The position numbers and the translations under genes are program-made. A stretch of DNA of 64,000 bases from Eledone cirrhosa (taxonomy: Eukaryota). The notes under the pieces were generated by a model. It was not told the origin of the DNA and did no database searches. It saw nothing but the letters and a program-made list of their open reading frames with translations. The first letter of the stretch is position 1, and each line of letters starts with the position of its first letter. The stretch lies in assembly GCA_964016885.1 (NCBI GenBank), contig OZ024740.1:430528001-430592000 (forward strand), read 5' to 3'. This document shows, piece by piece, positions 45,001 to 58,575 of this stretch.

Positions 45001-48000
45001 ATATTACAGCCAGTATATATAATATATTACAGCCAGTATATATAATATATTACAGCCAGTATATATAATATATTACAGCCAGTACATAATATATTACAGC
45101 CAGTATATAATATATTACAGTCAGTATATATAATATATTACAGCCAGTATATAATATATTAAAACCAGTATATATAATATATTAAAGCCAGTATATATAA
45201 TATATTACAGACAGTACATATAATATATTACAGCCAGTTTATAATATATTACAGCCAGTTTATAATATATTACAGCCAGTATATATAATATATTACAGCC
45301 AGTATATAATATATTACAGCCAGTATATATAATATATTACAGCCAGTATATATAATATATTATAACCAATATATAATATATTAAAGCCAGTATATATAAT
45401 ATATTACAGACAGTACATATAATATATTACAGCCAGTTTATAATATATTACAGCCAGTTTATAATATATTACAGCCAGTATATATAATATATTACAGCCA
45501 GTATATAATATATTACAGCCAGTATATATAATATATTACAGCCAGTATATAATATATTACAGCCAGTATATATAATATATTACAGCCAGTATATATAATA
45601 TATTACAGCCAGTATATAATATATTACAGCCAGTATATATAATATATTACAGCCAGTTTATAATATATTACAGCCAGTATATATATATATTACAGCCAGT
45701 ATATAATATATTACAGCCAGTATATATAATATATTACAGCCAGTACATATAACATATTACAGCCAGTACATATAATATATTACAGCCAGTATATATAATA
45801 TATCACAGCCAGTATATATAATATATTACAGCCAGTATATATAATATATTACAGCCAGTATATATAATATATTACAGCCAGTATATATAATATATTACAG
45901 CCAGTATATATAATATATTACAGCCAGTGCATATAATATATTACAGCCAGTATATAATACATTACAGCCAGTACATATAATATATTACAGCCAGTATATA
46001 TAATATATTACAGCCAGTACATATAATATATTACAGCCAGTATATATAATATATTACAGCCAGTATATATAATATATTACAGCCAGTATATATAATATAT
46101 TACAGCCAATATATATAATATATTACAGCCAGTACATATAATATATTACAGCCAGTATATATAATATATTACAGCCAGTATATAATATATTACAGCCAGT
46201 ATATATAATATATTACAGCCAGTATATATAATATATTATAGCCACTATATATAATATATTACAGCCAGCATATAATATATTACAGCCAGTATATAATATA
46301 TTACAGCCAGTATATATAATATATTACAGTCAGTATATATAATATATTACGGCCAGTATATAATATATTACAGCCTGTATATATAATATATTACAGCCAG
46401 TATATAATATATTACAGCCAATATATATAATATATTACAGCCAGTATATATAATATATTACAGCCAGTATATATAATATATTACAGCCAATATATATAAT
46501 ATATTACAGCCAATATATATAATATATTACAGCCAGTATATATAATATATTACAGCCAGTATATATAATATATTACAGCCAGTATATATAATATATTACA
46601 GCCAGTCAATATATTACAGCCAGTATATATAATATATTACATCCAGTATATATAATATATTACAGCCAGTATATATAATATATTACAGCCAGTTTATATA
46701 ATATATTACAGCCAGTATATAATATATTACAGCCAGTATATATAATATATTACAGCCAGTATATATAATATATTACAGCCAGTATATAATATATTACAGC
46801 CAGTATATATAATATATTACAGCCAGTATATAATGTATTACAGCCAGTATATAATATATTACAGCCAGTGTATATAATATATTACAGCCAGTATATAATA
46901 TATTACAGCCAGTTTATATAATATATTACAGTCAGTATATATAATATATTACAGCCAGTATATAATATATTACGGCCAGTATATATAATATATTACAGCC
47001 AGTATATAATATATTACAGCCAGTACATATAATATATTACAGCCAGTACATATAATATATTACAGCCAGTATATATAATATATTATAGCCAGTATATAAT
47101 ATATTACAGCCAGTATATTATATATTACAGCCAGTACATATAATATATTACAGCCAGTATATATAATATATAACAGCCACTATATATAATATATTACAGA
47201 CAGTACATATAATATATTACAGCCAGTATATATAATATATTACAGCCAGTACATATAATATATTACAGCCAGTACATATAATATATTACAGCCAGTATAT
47301 ATAATATATTACAGCCAGTATATAATATATTACAGCCAGTACATATAATATATTACAGCCAGTATATATAATATATTACAGCCACTATATATAATATATT
47401 ACAGCCAGTATATATAATATATTACAGCCAGTATATATAATATATTACAGCCAGTATATATAATATATTACAGCCAATATATATAATATATTACAGCCAG
47501 TATATATAATATATTACAGCCAGTACATATAATATATTACAGCCAGTATATATAATATATTACAGCCAGTACATATAATATATTACAGCCAGTATATATA
47601 ATATATTACAGCCAGTATATATAATATATTACAGCCAGTATATAATATATTACAGTCAGTATATATAATATATTACAGCCAGCATATAATATATTACAGC
47701 CAGTATATAATATATTACAGCCAGTATATATAATATATTACAGTCAGTATATATAATATATTACAGCCACTATATATAATATATTACAGTCAGTATATAA
47801 TATATTACAGCCAGTATATATAATAAATTACAGCCAGTATATATAATATATTACGGCCAGTATATAATATATTACAGCCTGTATATATAATATATTACAG
47901 CCAGTATATATAATATATTACAGCCAATATATATAATATATTACAGCCAATATATATAATATATTACAGCCATTATATATAATATATTACAGCCAGTATA

Positions 48001-51000
48001 TATAATATATTACAGCCAGTATATATAATATATTACAGCCAGTATATAATGTATTACAGCCAGTATATAATATATTACAGCCAGTGTATATAATATATTA
48101 CAGCCAGTATATAATATATTACAGCCAGTTTATATAATATATTACAGTCAGTATATATAATATATTACAGCCAGTATATAATATATTACGGCCAGTATAT
48201 ATAATATATTACAGCCAGTATATAATATATTACAGCCAGTACATATAATATATTACAGCCAGTACATATAATATATTACAGCCAGTATATATAATATATT
48301 ATAGCCAGTATATAATATATTACAGCCAGTATATTATATATTACAGCCAGTACATATAATATATTACAGCCAGTATATATAATATATAACAGCCACTATA
48401 TATAATATATTACAGACAGTACATATAATATATTACAGCCAGTATATATAATATATTACAGCCAGTACATATAATATATTACAGCCAGTACATATAATAT
48501 ATTACAGCCAGTATATATAATATATTACAGCCAGTATATAATATATTACAGCCAGTACATATAATATATTACAGCCAGTATATATAATATATTACAGCCA
48601 CTATATATAATATATTACAGCCAGTATATATAATATATTACAGCCAGTATATATAATATATTACAGCCAGTATATATAATATATTACAGCCAGTATATAT
48701 AATATATTACAGCCAATATATATAATATATTACAGCCAGTATATATAATATATTACAGCCAGTATATATAATATATTACAGCCAGTATATATAATATATT
48801 ACAGCCAGTACATAATATATTACAGCCAGTATATAATATATTACAGTCAGTATATATAATATATTACAGCCAGTATATAATATATTAAAACCAGTATATA
48901 TAATATATTAAAGCCAGTATATATAATATATTACAGACAGTACATATAATATATTACAGCCAGTTTATAATATATTACAGCCAGTTTATAATATATTACA
49001 GCCAGTATATATAATATATTACAGCCAGTATATAATATATTACAGCCAGTATATATAATATATTACAGCCAGTATATATAATATATTATAACCAATATAT
49101 AATATATTAAAGCCAGTATATATAATATATTACAGACAGTACATATAATATATTACAGCCAGTTTATAATATATTACAGCCAGTTTATAATATATTACAG
49201 CCAGTATATATAATATATTACAGCCAGTATATAATATATTACAGCCAGTATATATAATATATTACAGCCAGTATATAATATATTACAGCCAGTATATATA
49301 ATATATTACAGCCAGTATATATAATATATTACAGCCAGTATATAATATATTACAGCCAGTATATATAATATATTACAGCCAGTTTATAATATATTACAGC
49401 CAGTATATATATATATTACAGCCAGTATATAATATATTACAGCCAGTATATATAATATATTACAGCCAGTACATATAACATATTACAGCCAGTACATATA
49501 ATATATTACAGCCAGTATATATAATATATCACAGCCAGTATATATAATATATTACAGCCAGTATATATAATATATTACAGCCAGTATATATAATATATTA
49601 CAGCCAGTATATATAATATATTACAGCCAGTATATATAATATATTACAGCCAGTGCATATAATATATTACAGCCAGTATATAATACATTACAGCCAGTAC
49701 ATATAATATATTACAGCCAGTATATATAATATATTACAGCCAGTACATATAATATATTACAGCCAGTATATATAATATATTACAGCCAGTATATATAATA
49801 TATTACAGCCAGTATATATAATATATTACAGCCAATATATATAATATATTACAGCCAGTACATATAATATATTACAGCCAGTATATATAATATATTACAG
49901 CCAGTATATAATATATTACAGCCAGTATATATAATATATTACAGCCAGTATATATAATATATTATAGCCACTATATATAATATATTACAGCCAGCATATA
50001 ATATATTACAGCCAGTATATAATATATTACAGCCAGTATATATAATATATTACAGTCAGTATATATAATATATTACGGCCAGTATATAATATATTACAGC
50101 CTGTATATATAATATATTACAGCCAGTATATAATATATTACAGCCAATATATATAATATATTACAGCCAGTATATATAATATATTACAGCCAGTATATAT
50201 AATATATTACAGCCAATATATATAATATATTACAGCCAATATATATAATATATTACAGCCAGTATATATAATATATTACAGCCAGTATATATAATATATT
50301 ACAGCCAGTATATATAATATATTACAGCCAGTCAATATATTACAGCCAGTATATATAATATATTACATCCAGTATATATAATATATTACAGCCAGTATAT
50401 ATAATATATTACAGCCAGTTTATATAATATATTACAGCCAGTATATAATATATTACAGCCAGTATATATAATATATTACAGCCAGTATATATAATATATT
50501 ACAGCCAGTATATAATATATTACAGCCAGTATATATAATATATTACAGCCAGTATATAATGTATTACAGCCAGTATATAATATATTACAGCCAGTGTATA
50601 TAATATATTACAGCCAGTATATAATATATTACAGCCAGTTTATATAATATATTACAGTCAGTATATATAATATATTACAGCCAGTATATAATATATTACG
50701 GCCAGTATATATAATATATTACAGCCAGTATATAATATATTACAGCCAGTACATATAATATATTACAGCCAGTACATATAATATATTACAGCCAGTATAT
50801 ATAATATATTATAGCCAGTATATAATATATTACAGCCAGTATATTATATATTACAGCCAGTACATATAATATATTACAGCCAGTATATATAATATATAAC
50901 AGCCACTATATATAATATATTACAGACAGTACATATAATATATTACAGCCAGTATATATAATATATTACAGCCAGTACATATAATATATTACAGCCAGTA

Positions 51001-54000
51001 CATATAATATATTACAGCCAGTATATATAATATATTACAGCCAGTATATAATATATTACAGCCAGTACATATAATATATTACAGCCAGTATATATAATAT
51101 ATTACAGCCACTATATATAATATATTACAGCCAGTATATATAATATATTACAGCCAGTATATATAATATATTACAGCCAGTATATATAATATATTACAGC
51201 CAATATATATAATATATTACAGCCAGTATATATAATATATTACAGCCAGTACATATAATATATTACAGCCAGTATATATAATATATTACAGCCAGTACAT
51301 ATAATATATTACAGCCAGTATATATAATATATTACAGCCAGTATATATAATATATTACAGCCAGTATATAATATATTACAGTCAGTATATATAATATATT
51401 ACAGCCAGCATATAATATATTACAGCCAGTATATAATATATTACAGCCAGTATATATAATATATTACAGTCAGTATATATAATATATTACAGCCACTATA
51501 TATAATATATTACAGTCAGTATATAATATATTACAGCCAGTATATATAATAAATTACAGCCAGTATATATAATATATTACGGCCAGTATATAATATATTA
51601 CAGCCTGTATATATAATATATTACAGCCAGTATATATAATATATTACAGCCAATATATATAATATATTACAGCCAATATATATAATATATTACAGCCATT
51701 ATATATAATATATTACAGCCAGTATATATAATATATTACAGCCAGTATATATAATATATTACAGCCAGTACATATAATATATTACAGCCAGTATATATAA
51801 TATATTACAGCCAGTATATATAATATATTACAGACAGTATATATAATATATTACAGCCAGTCAATCTATTACAGCCAGTATATATAATATATTACAGCCA
51901 GTTTATATAATATATTACAGCCAGTATATAATATATTACATCCAGTATATATAATATATTACAGCCAGTATATATAATATATTACAGACAGTACATATAA
52001 TATATTACAGCCAGTTTATATAATATATTACAGCCAGTATATAATATATTACAGCCAGTATATATAATATATTACAGCCAGTATATATAATATATTACAG
52101 CCAGTATATATAATATATTACAGCGAGTATATAATATATTACAGCCAGTATATATAATATATTACAGCCAGTATATAATATATTACAGCCAGTATATATA
52201 ATATATTACAGCCAGTATATATAATATATTACAGCCAGTATATAATATATTACAGCCAGTTTATATAATATATTACAGCCAGTATATATAATATATTACA
52301 GCCAGTATATAATATATTACAGCCAGTATATATAATATATTACAGCCAGTATATATAATATATTACAGCCAGTATATAATATATTACAGCCAGTATATAT
52401 AATATATTACAGCCAGTATATAATGTATTACAGCCAGTATATAATATATTACAGCCAGTGTATATAATATATTACAGCCAGTATATAATATATTACAGCC
52501 AGTTTATATAATATATTACAGTCAGTATATATAATATATTACAGCCAGTATATAATATATTACGGCCAGTATATATAATATATTACAGCCAGTATATAAT
52601 ATATTACAGCCAGTACATATAATATATTACAGCCAGTACATATAATATATTACAGCCAGTATATATAATATATTATAGCCAGTATATAATATATTACAGC
52701 CAGTATATTATATATTACAGCCAGTACATATAATATATTACAGCCAGTATATATAATATATAACAGCCACTATATATAATATATTACAGACAGTACATAT
52801 AATATATTACAGCCAGTATATATAATATATTACAGCCAGTACATATAATATATTACAGCCAGTACATATAATATATTACAGCCAGTATATATAATATATT
52901 ACAGCCAGTATATAATATATTACAGCCAGTACATATAATATATTACAGCCAGTATATATAATATATTACAGCCACTATATATAATATATTACAGCCAGTA
53001 TATATAATATATTACAGCCAGTATATATAATATATTACAGCCAGTATATATAATATATTACAGCCAGTATATATAATATATTACAGCCAGTATATATAAT
53101 ATATTACAGCCAATATATATAATATATTACAGCCAGTATATATAATATATTACAGCCAGTACATATAATATATTACAGCCAGTATATATAATATATTACA
53201 GCCAGTACATATAATATATTACAGCCAGTATATATAATATATTACAGCCAGTATATATAATATATTACAGCCAGTATATAATATATTACAGTCAGTATAT
53301 ATAATATATTACAGCCAGCATATAATATATTACAGCCAGTATATAATATATTACAGCCAGTATATATAATATATTACAGTCAGTATATATAATATATTAC
53401 AGCCACTATATATAATATATTACAGTCAGTATATAATATATTACAGCCAGTATATATAATAAATTACAGCCAGTATATATAATATATTACGGCCAGTATA
53501 TAATATATTACAGCCAATATATATAATATATTACAGCCATTATATATAATATATTACAGCCAGTATATATAATATATTACAGCCAGTATATATAATATAT
53601 TACAGCCAGTACATATAATATATTACAGCCAGTATATATAATATATTACAGCCAGTATATATAATATATTACAGACAGTATATATAATATATTACAGCCA
53701 GTCAATCTATTACAGCCAGTATATATAATATATTACAGCCAGTTTATATAATATATTACAGCCAGTATATAATATATTACATCCAGTATATATAATATAT
53801 TACAGCCAGTATATATAATATATTACAGACAGTACATATAATATATTACAGCCAGTTTATATAATATATTACAGCCAGTATATAATATATTACAGCCAGT
53901 ATATATAATATATTACAGCCAGTATATATAATATATTACAGCGAGTATATAATATATTACAGCCAGTATATATAATATATTACAGCCAGTATATAATATA

Positions 54001-54845
54001 TTACAGCCAGTATATATAATATATTACAGCCAGTATATATAATATATTACAGCCAGTATATAATATATTACAGCCAGTTTATATAATATATTACAGTCAG
54101 TATATATAATATATTACAGCCAGTTTATAATATATTACGGCCAGTATATATAATATATTACAGCCAGTATATAATATATTACAGCCAGTACATATAATAT
54201 ATTACAGCCAGTATATATAATATATTACAGCCAGTATATATAATATATTACAGCCAGTATATATAATATATTACAGCCAGTATATATAATATATTACAGC
54301 CAGTATATATAATATATTACAGCAAGTATATATAATATATTAAAGCCAGTATATAATATATTACAGCCTCTATATATAATATATTACAGACAGTAATCAA
54401 CACATATAATATATTACAGCCACTATATATAATATATTACAGACAGTAATCAACACATATAATATATTACAGCCAGTACATATAATATATTCCAGCCACT
54501 ATATATAATATATTACAGCCAGTATATAATATATTACAGCGAGTACATATAATATATTACAGCCACTATATATAATATATTACAGCCAGTATATAATATA
54601 TTACAGCCAGCATATATAATATATTACAGCCACTATATATAATATATTACAGACAGTAATCAACACATATAATATATTACAGCCAGTACATATAATATAT
54701 TCCAGCCACTATATATAATATATTACAGCCAGTATATAATATATTACAGCCAGTACATATAATATATTACAGCCAGTATATATAATATATTACAGCCAGT
54801 ATATATAATATATTACAGCCACTATATATAATATATTACAGACAG
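9030..54845 (+). repeat. 23/21-bp tandem satellite, main block (~46 kb) with higher-order duplications
   Basis: Uninterrupted monomers with recurrent single-base variants (AAAGCC, GAC, GTC, CACT, CAAT, GTAC, GTTT) occurring in repeated orders. Confidence 0.99.
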
Positions 54846-55304
54846 CATCAACACCATTGTCTGCAGCAACAGCAGCAGTGAAATGAAGGACAACAACAAC
54901 AGTAACAACTACAATAACAACTACAGCACCAACAACTGCCACCACCATCACTGACCATCCACCACCACCACGCTGATACCACCCACCACCACCACACTGA
55001 CACCATCCACCACCGCCATTACCAGCGTAAACAAACAATTATTATTGTTATTGTTATTATATACAAGCCGAACTGGACTGGGAAAGGTCAACAGTTGACA
55101 TGATAGTGATTTTGACGATTTTGACTTTGATTTTGATTTTGTATCAGTACTGTCGGTAATATATGTATATATATATATATGTTTGTGAGTGGTGTGCGTG
55201 ATTGTATGCATGAATGAGTGTTGGTATGTGTGGTTGTGGTTTGTATGCATGAGTATTAGTGTGTGAGTCGTGTCAATAAGTTTTTTTTTTTTTTTTTTTT
55301 TTTT
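54846..55304. repeat. low-complexity non-satellite segment (CAA/CAC/TTA, GATTTT, TA, GT-rich repeats) ending in T24
   Basis: Degenerate trinucleotide runs 54860-55060, GATTTT repeats ~55108-55140, (TA)n and GT-rich DNA, T24 at 55281-55304. Confidence 0.8.
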
Positions 55305-55497
55305 AAATGACCATGCTGTAAAATGGAGGGGTAGAGAGGGCCCTTGAGTCTAGTAAGACATCCTCTCTAGTGCTGGTGGCACAAATAAAAGCACCCAGTC
55401 CATGCTGTAAAGTGGCGCTGGTGTTAGGAAGGGCATCCAACCAGTGTATCAATGCCAAAAAGCTTATCAGCACAGCAACAAAACAGCATAGAAAAAT

Positions 55498-58400
55498 ATG
55501 AAGACGTCGCATCTCAGAGTTGCAACACTTAATGTTGGCACTCTCAGAGGTAGATCTGCTGGAGAGAAGGCAGGTGGATGTGTGCTGCGTGCAAGAGGTG
55601 AGATGGAGAGGTGCCTCTGCGAGACTAGTCGTAGGCAAGCGTCTTAGCTATAAGCTATTCTGGGTAGGTAAGGATGATAGGTTAGGGGGAGTAGGCATTT
55701 TCCTGGCTGAGAAATGGATCAATAAGACAATAGAGGTAGTTCGAGTTAGTAATCGAATAATTAAGCTTAGATTAGTTGTAGGTAGGAGACTACTGACAAT
55801 CATCTCGGTCTATGCTCCCCAAGCAGGCCTAGGCAAAGATGAGAAAGACTGCTTTTATGAGCAACTTTTGCAAACAACCACAATGACAGAGGACGGAGAC
55901 ATCGTTATGCTAGCAGGAGACTTCAATGGTCATGTTGGACAGCTCCAGGATGGTTACACTGGGGTACATGGTGGGCACGGTTACGGTTCAAGAAATGAAG
56001 AAGGAGTGAGACTTCTTGAATTTTGTGATGCAAGTACATTGACTATTTGCAACACAAACTTCCAGAAACCTGCCAATCACCTAATAACCTACAAATCTGG
56101 TGAGCACATAAGCCAGATTGACTTCCTGCTAGTTAGGCAGCGGGACAGGCAGATAGTGTCTAATACCAAGGCATACCCTGGGGAAGAATGTACCCCACAG
56201 CATAGGTTAGTTGTTAGTGATATCTCAGTAAGCAAGAGATGGAATGAGACATATAGGAAGGTGTGGAGAAGAAAGGTCTGGAAGCTAAAAGACCTTTCAC
56301 TAAAATTCAAATTTAGGAAAGCCCTTCAAGATGTATATGACGAAAAAGAAGACGATTTAGAGACGTATGACATAGATAATAACTGGAAGTTCTTACGTGA
56401 CAACTTGCTGAAGGCTACTGATGAAACCTGTGGCTGGAGCAGAGCTCCAACCAGACAGAGAGTGACCTGGTGGTGGAACAGCAGTGTAGATAAGGCTATT
56501 AGAGACAAAAGACTAGCATGGAAGGCTTGGAATAAGGGTGGGAGTAGGGAAGAATATACAGCCACTAAGAGAGAAGCTAGACGTCAGGTGTACTTAGCAC
56601 GCAGGGAGGCAGAGAGTAGGAGGTTTGCCAATGTTCTGCGACGGGAAGATCAGAGGCGTGCGGTGTTCCACATTGCAAGGCAGTGTGTCAATGCAAATCA
56701 GGATGTTGTTGGTGATAAATGTGTCCGGGATGATGCTGGTGTACTTAGTGTCGCGAATGACCAGAAAAAGGAGGCCTGGAAATGTCATTATGAGAGACTG
56801 ATGAATGTGGAGAATGAATGGGAGAGAGAGAAATTACCCTTGGTAGATCCGACAGAGGGACCAGCTATTGAGATTGACGAATATAGGGTCCAAGAGGCGA
56901 TTAGGGAAATGAAAAATGGTAAGGCGGCCGGACCATCGGGAATAGTTGCTGAGATGCTGAAGGCATCAGGGGACGTAGGCACTAAACTGGTTGCACGCAT
57001 AATCAATCAGGCTATATATGGTGGTGTCATACCCAAAGACTGGTGCAGCAGTATTCTCATAAATTGCTACAAAGGTAAAGGGGATGCTTTGGAGAGGAGC
57101 AATTATAGGGGTATAAAACTGATAGATCAGGTTATGAAAGTGGCAGAAAGGATTTTAGCACAACTAATTAGAGAAAGGGTCAAACTAGATGAGATGCAGT
57201 TTGGTTTTGTGCCTGGGAAGAGTACAACAGATGCCCTCTTCTTGGTGAGACAAATGCAAGAGAGGTTCTTAGAGAAGAATAAGCCACTATACTTAGCCTT
57301 TGTTGACCTAGAGAAGGCCTTTGATAGGATACCCCGATCTGTCATCTGGTGGTCCCTAAGGAAGCTGGGTGTTGAGGAATGGCTTGTAAGGACAGTGCAA
57401 ACTTTGTACAGAGGTACTCTCAGTAAAGTCAGGGTAGGAATCGAGTTTAGTGAGGAATTCCAGATACAAGTAGGAGTACATCAGGGTTCGGTCCTCAGCC
57501 CGCTCTTGTTCATTATAGTCCTCCAAGCCATAACAGAGGAGTTTAAGACTGGCTGTCCATGGGAACTTCTCTATGCTGACGATCTGGCTCTTATGGCAGA
57601 ATCAGTAGAGGAGCTAGAGAATAAATTCCGGCTATGGAAACAGCAGTTGGAAGCAAGAGGACTGAGAGTAAATCTAGCTAAGACAAAAGTGTTGATGAGT
57701 AGAAAAGAGGACAAAACCCTGATTCCGTCAGGGAAATGGCCATGTTCGATATGCAGAAAAGGAACTGGCATAAATTCTATAAAATACACACAATGTAGGT
57801 CCTGGGTACACAAGAGATGTAGCGGGATAGCAAGCAAACTAACAGGTAGGGAGAAATATGTATGCAGTAGATGTACAGGGAAATTAGACAGTAGAAGTCG
57901 CACTGATAGACACATTTTTCAAATGCGAGAGGGCGCTATAGAAGTGGTGGATAGCTTCCGGTATCTAGGAGATCAGATTAGCATGGGAGGAGGGTGTTCC
58001 GAGGCCATAGTATCTAGAATAAGGACGGGTTGGAAGAAGTTTAGGGAGCTGCTTCCTCTGTTGACGAAAAAGGGTTTCTCCCTGCGTACGAAAGGCCGGT
58101 TATATGATGCCTGTGTGAGGAGCGCGATGCTGCATGGTAGTGAGACATGGGCAGCTACCGCAGAAGATATGCGACGGCTGGAGAGAAATGAGGCAAGCAT
58201 GCTCCGTTGGATGTGCAGTGTAAATGTGCGTGAACGACCCAGCATAAATGTGTTGAGAGAGAAACTGTGTCTGAGAGGGATAGAATGTAGTGTACGGGAG
58301 AGGAGACTGAGGTGGTATGGACATGTGATGCGCATGGAGGATGACCGATGGGTGAAGAAGTGCCAGGAAATGCCAGTTGAAGGAAGACGTGGTAGAGGTA

Positions 58401-58549
58401 GACCACGAAAAACATGGGCGGAGGTGGTGAGAACAGACCTCAGATCATTGAAGCTCACGGTGGAGATGACAAGGGACCGTGACGAGTGGAGAGATGCTGT
58501 GCTGAATAAGACCCGTCCCACCCTTGCGAGCAGGGAGGGGCGGATGTAA
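55498..58549 (+). CDS. RTE endonuclease-reverse transcriptase with PHD-like insertion; frameshifted near 55558 (probably inactive copy)
   Basis: ATG 55498 gives MKTSHLRVATLNVGTLRGRS, then a one-base frame offset into LERRQVDVCCVQEVRW; SVYAPQ, AGDFNGHVG, IDFLL, PQHRL, WWWN, FVDLEKAFD, GVHQGSVLSP, YADD, FRYLG, RRLRWYGHV, RGRPRKTW motifs. Confidence 0.92.
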
Positions 58550-58550
58550 A

Positions 58551-58574
58551 ATGATGATGATGATGATGATGATG
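58551..58574 (+). repeat. (ATG)8 3' tail of the RTE element
   Basis: Eight ATG units starting 2 nt after the stop codon; trinucleotide tails are typical of RTE LINEs. Confidence 0.93.
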
Positions 58575-58575
58575 A

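Larger units (their letters stand above)
55305..58575 (+). mobile_element. RTE-clade non-LTR retrotransposon, near full length
   Basis: Short 5' UTR with TTAGGAAGGGCATCCA motif, single APE-RT ORF, terminal hairpin 58513-58543 and (ATG)8 tail 58551-58574. Confidence 0.95.

Noticed and set aside
54790-55250. 82-aa and 100-aa minus-strand ORFs (Gly/Val-rich, His/Thr-rich)
   Set aside because: Translations of microsatellite and satellite DNA.
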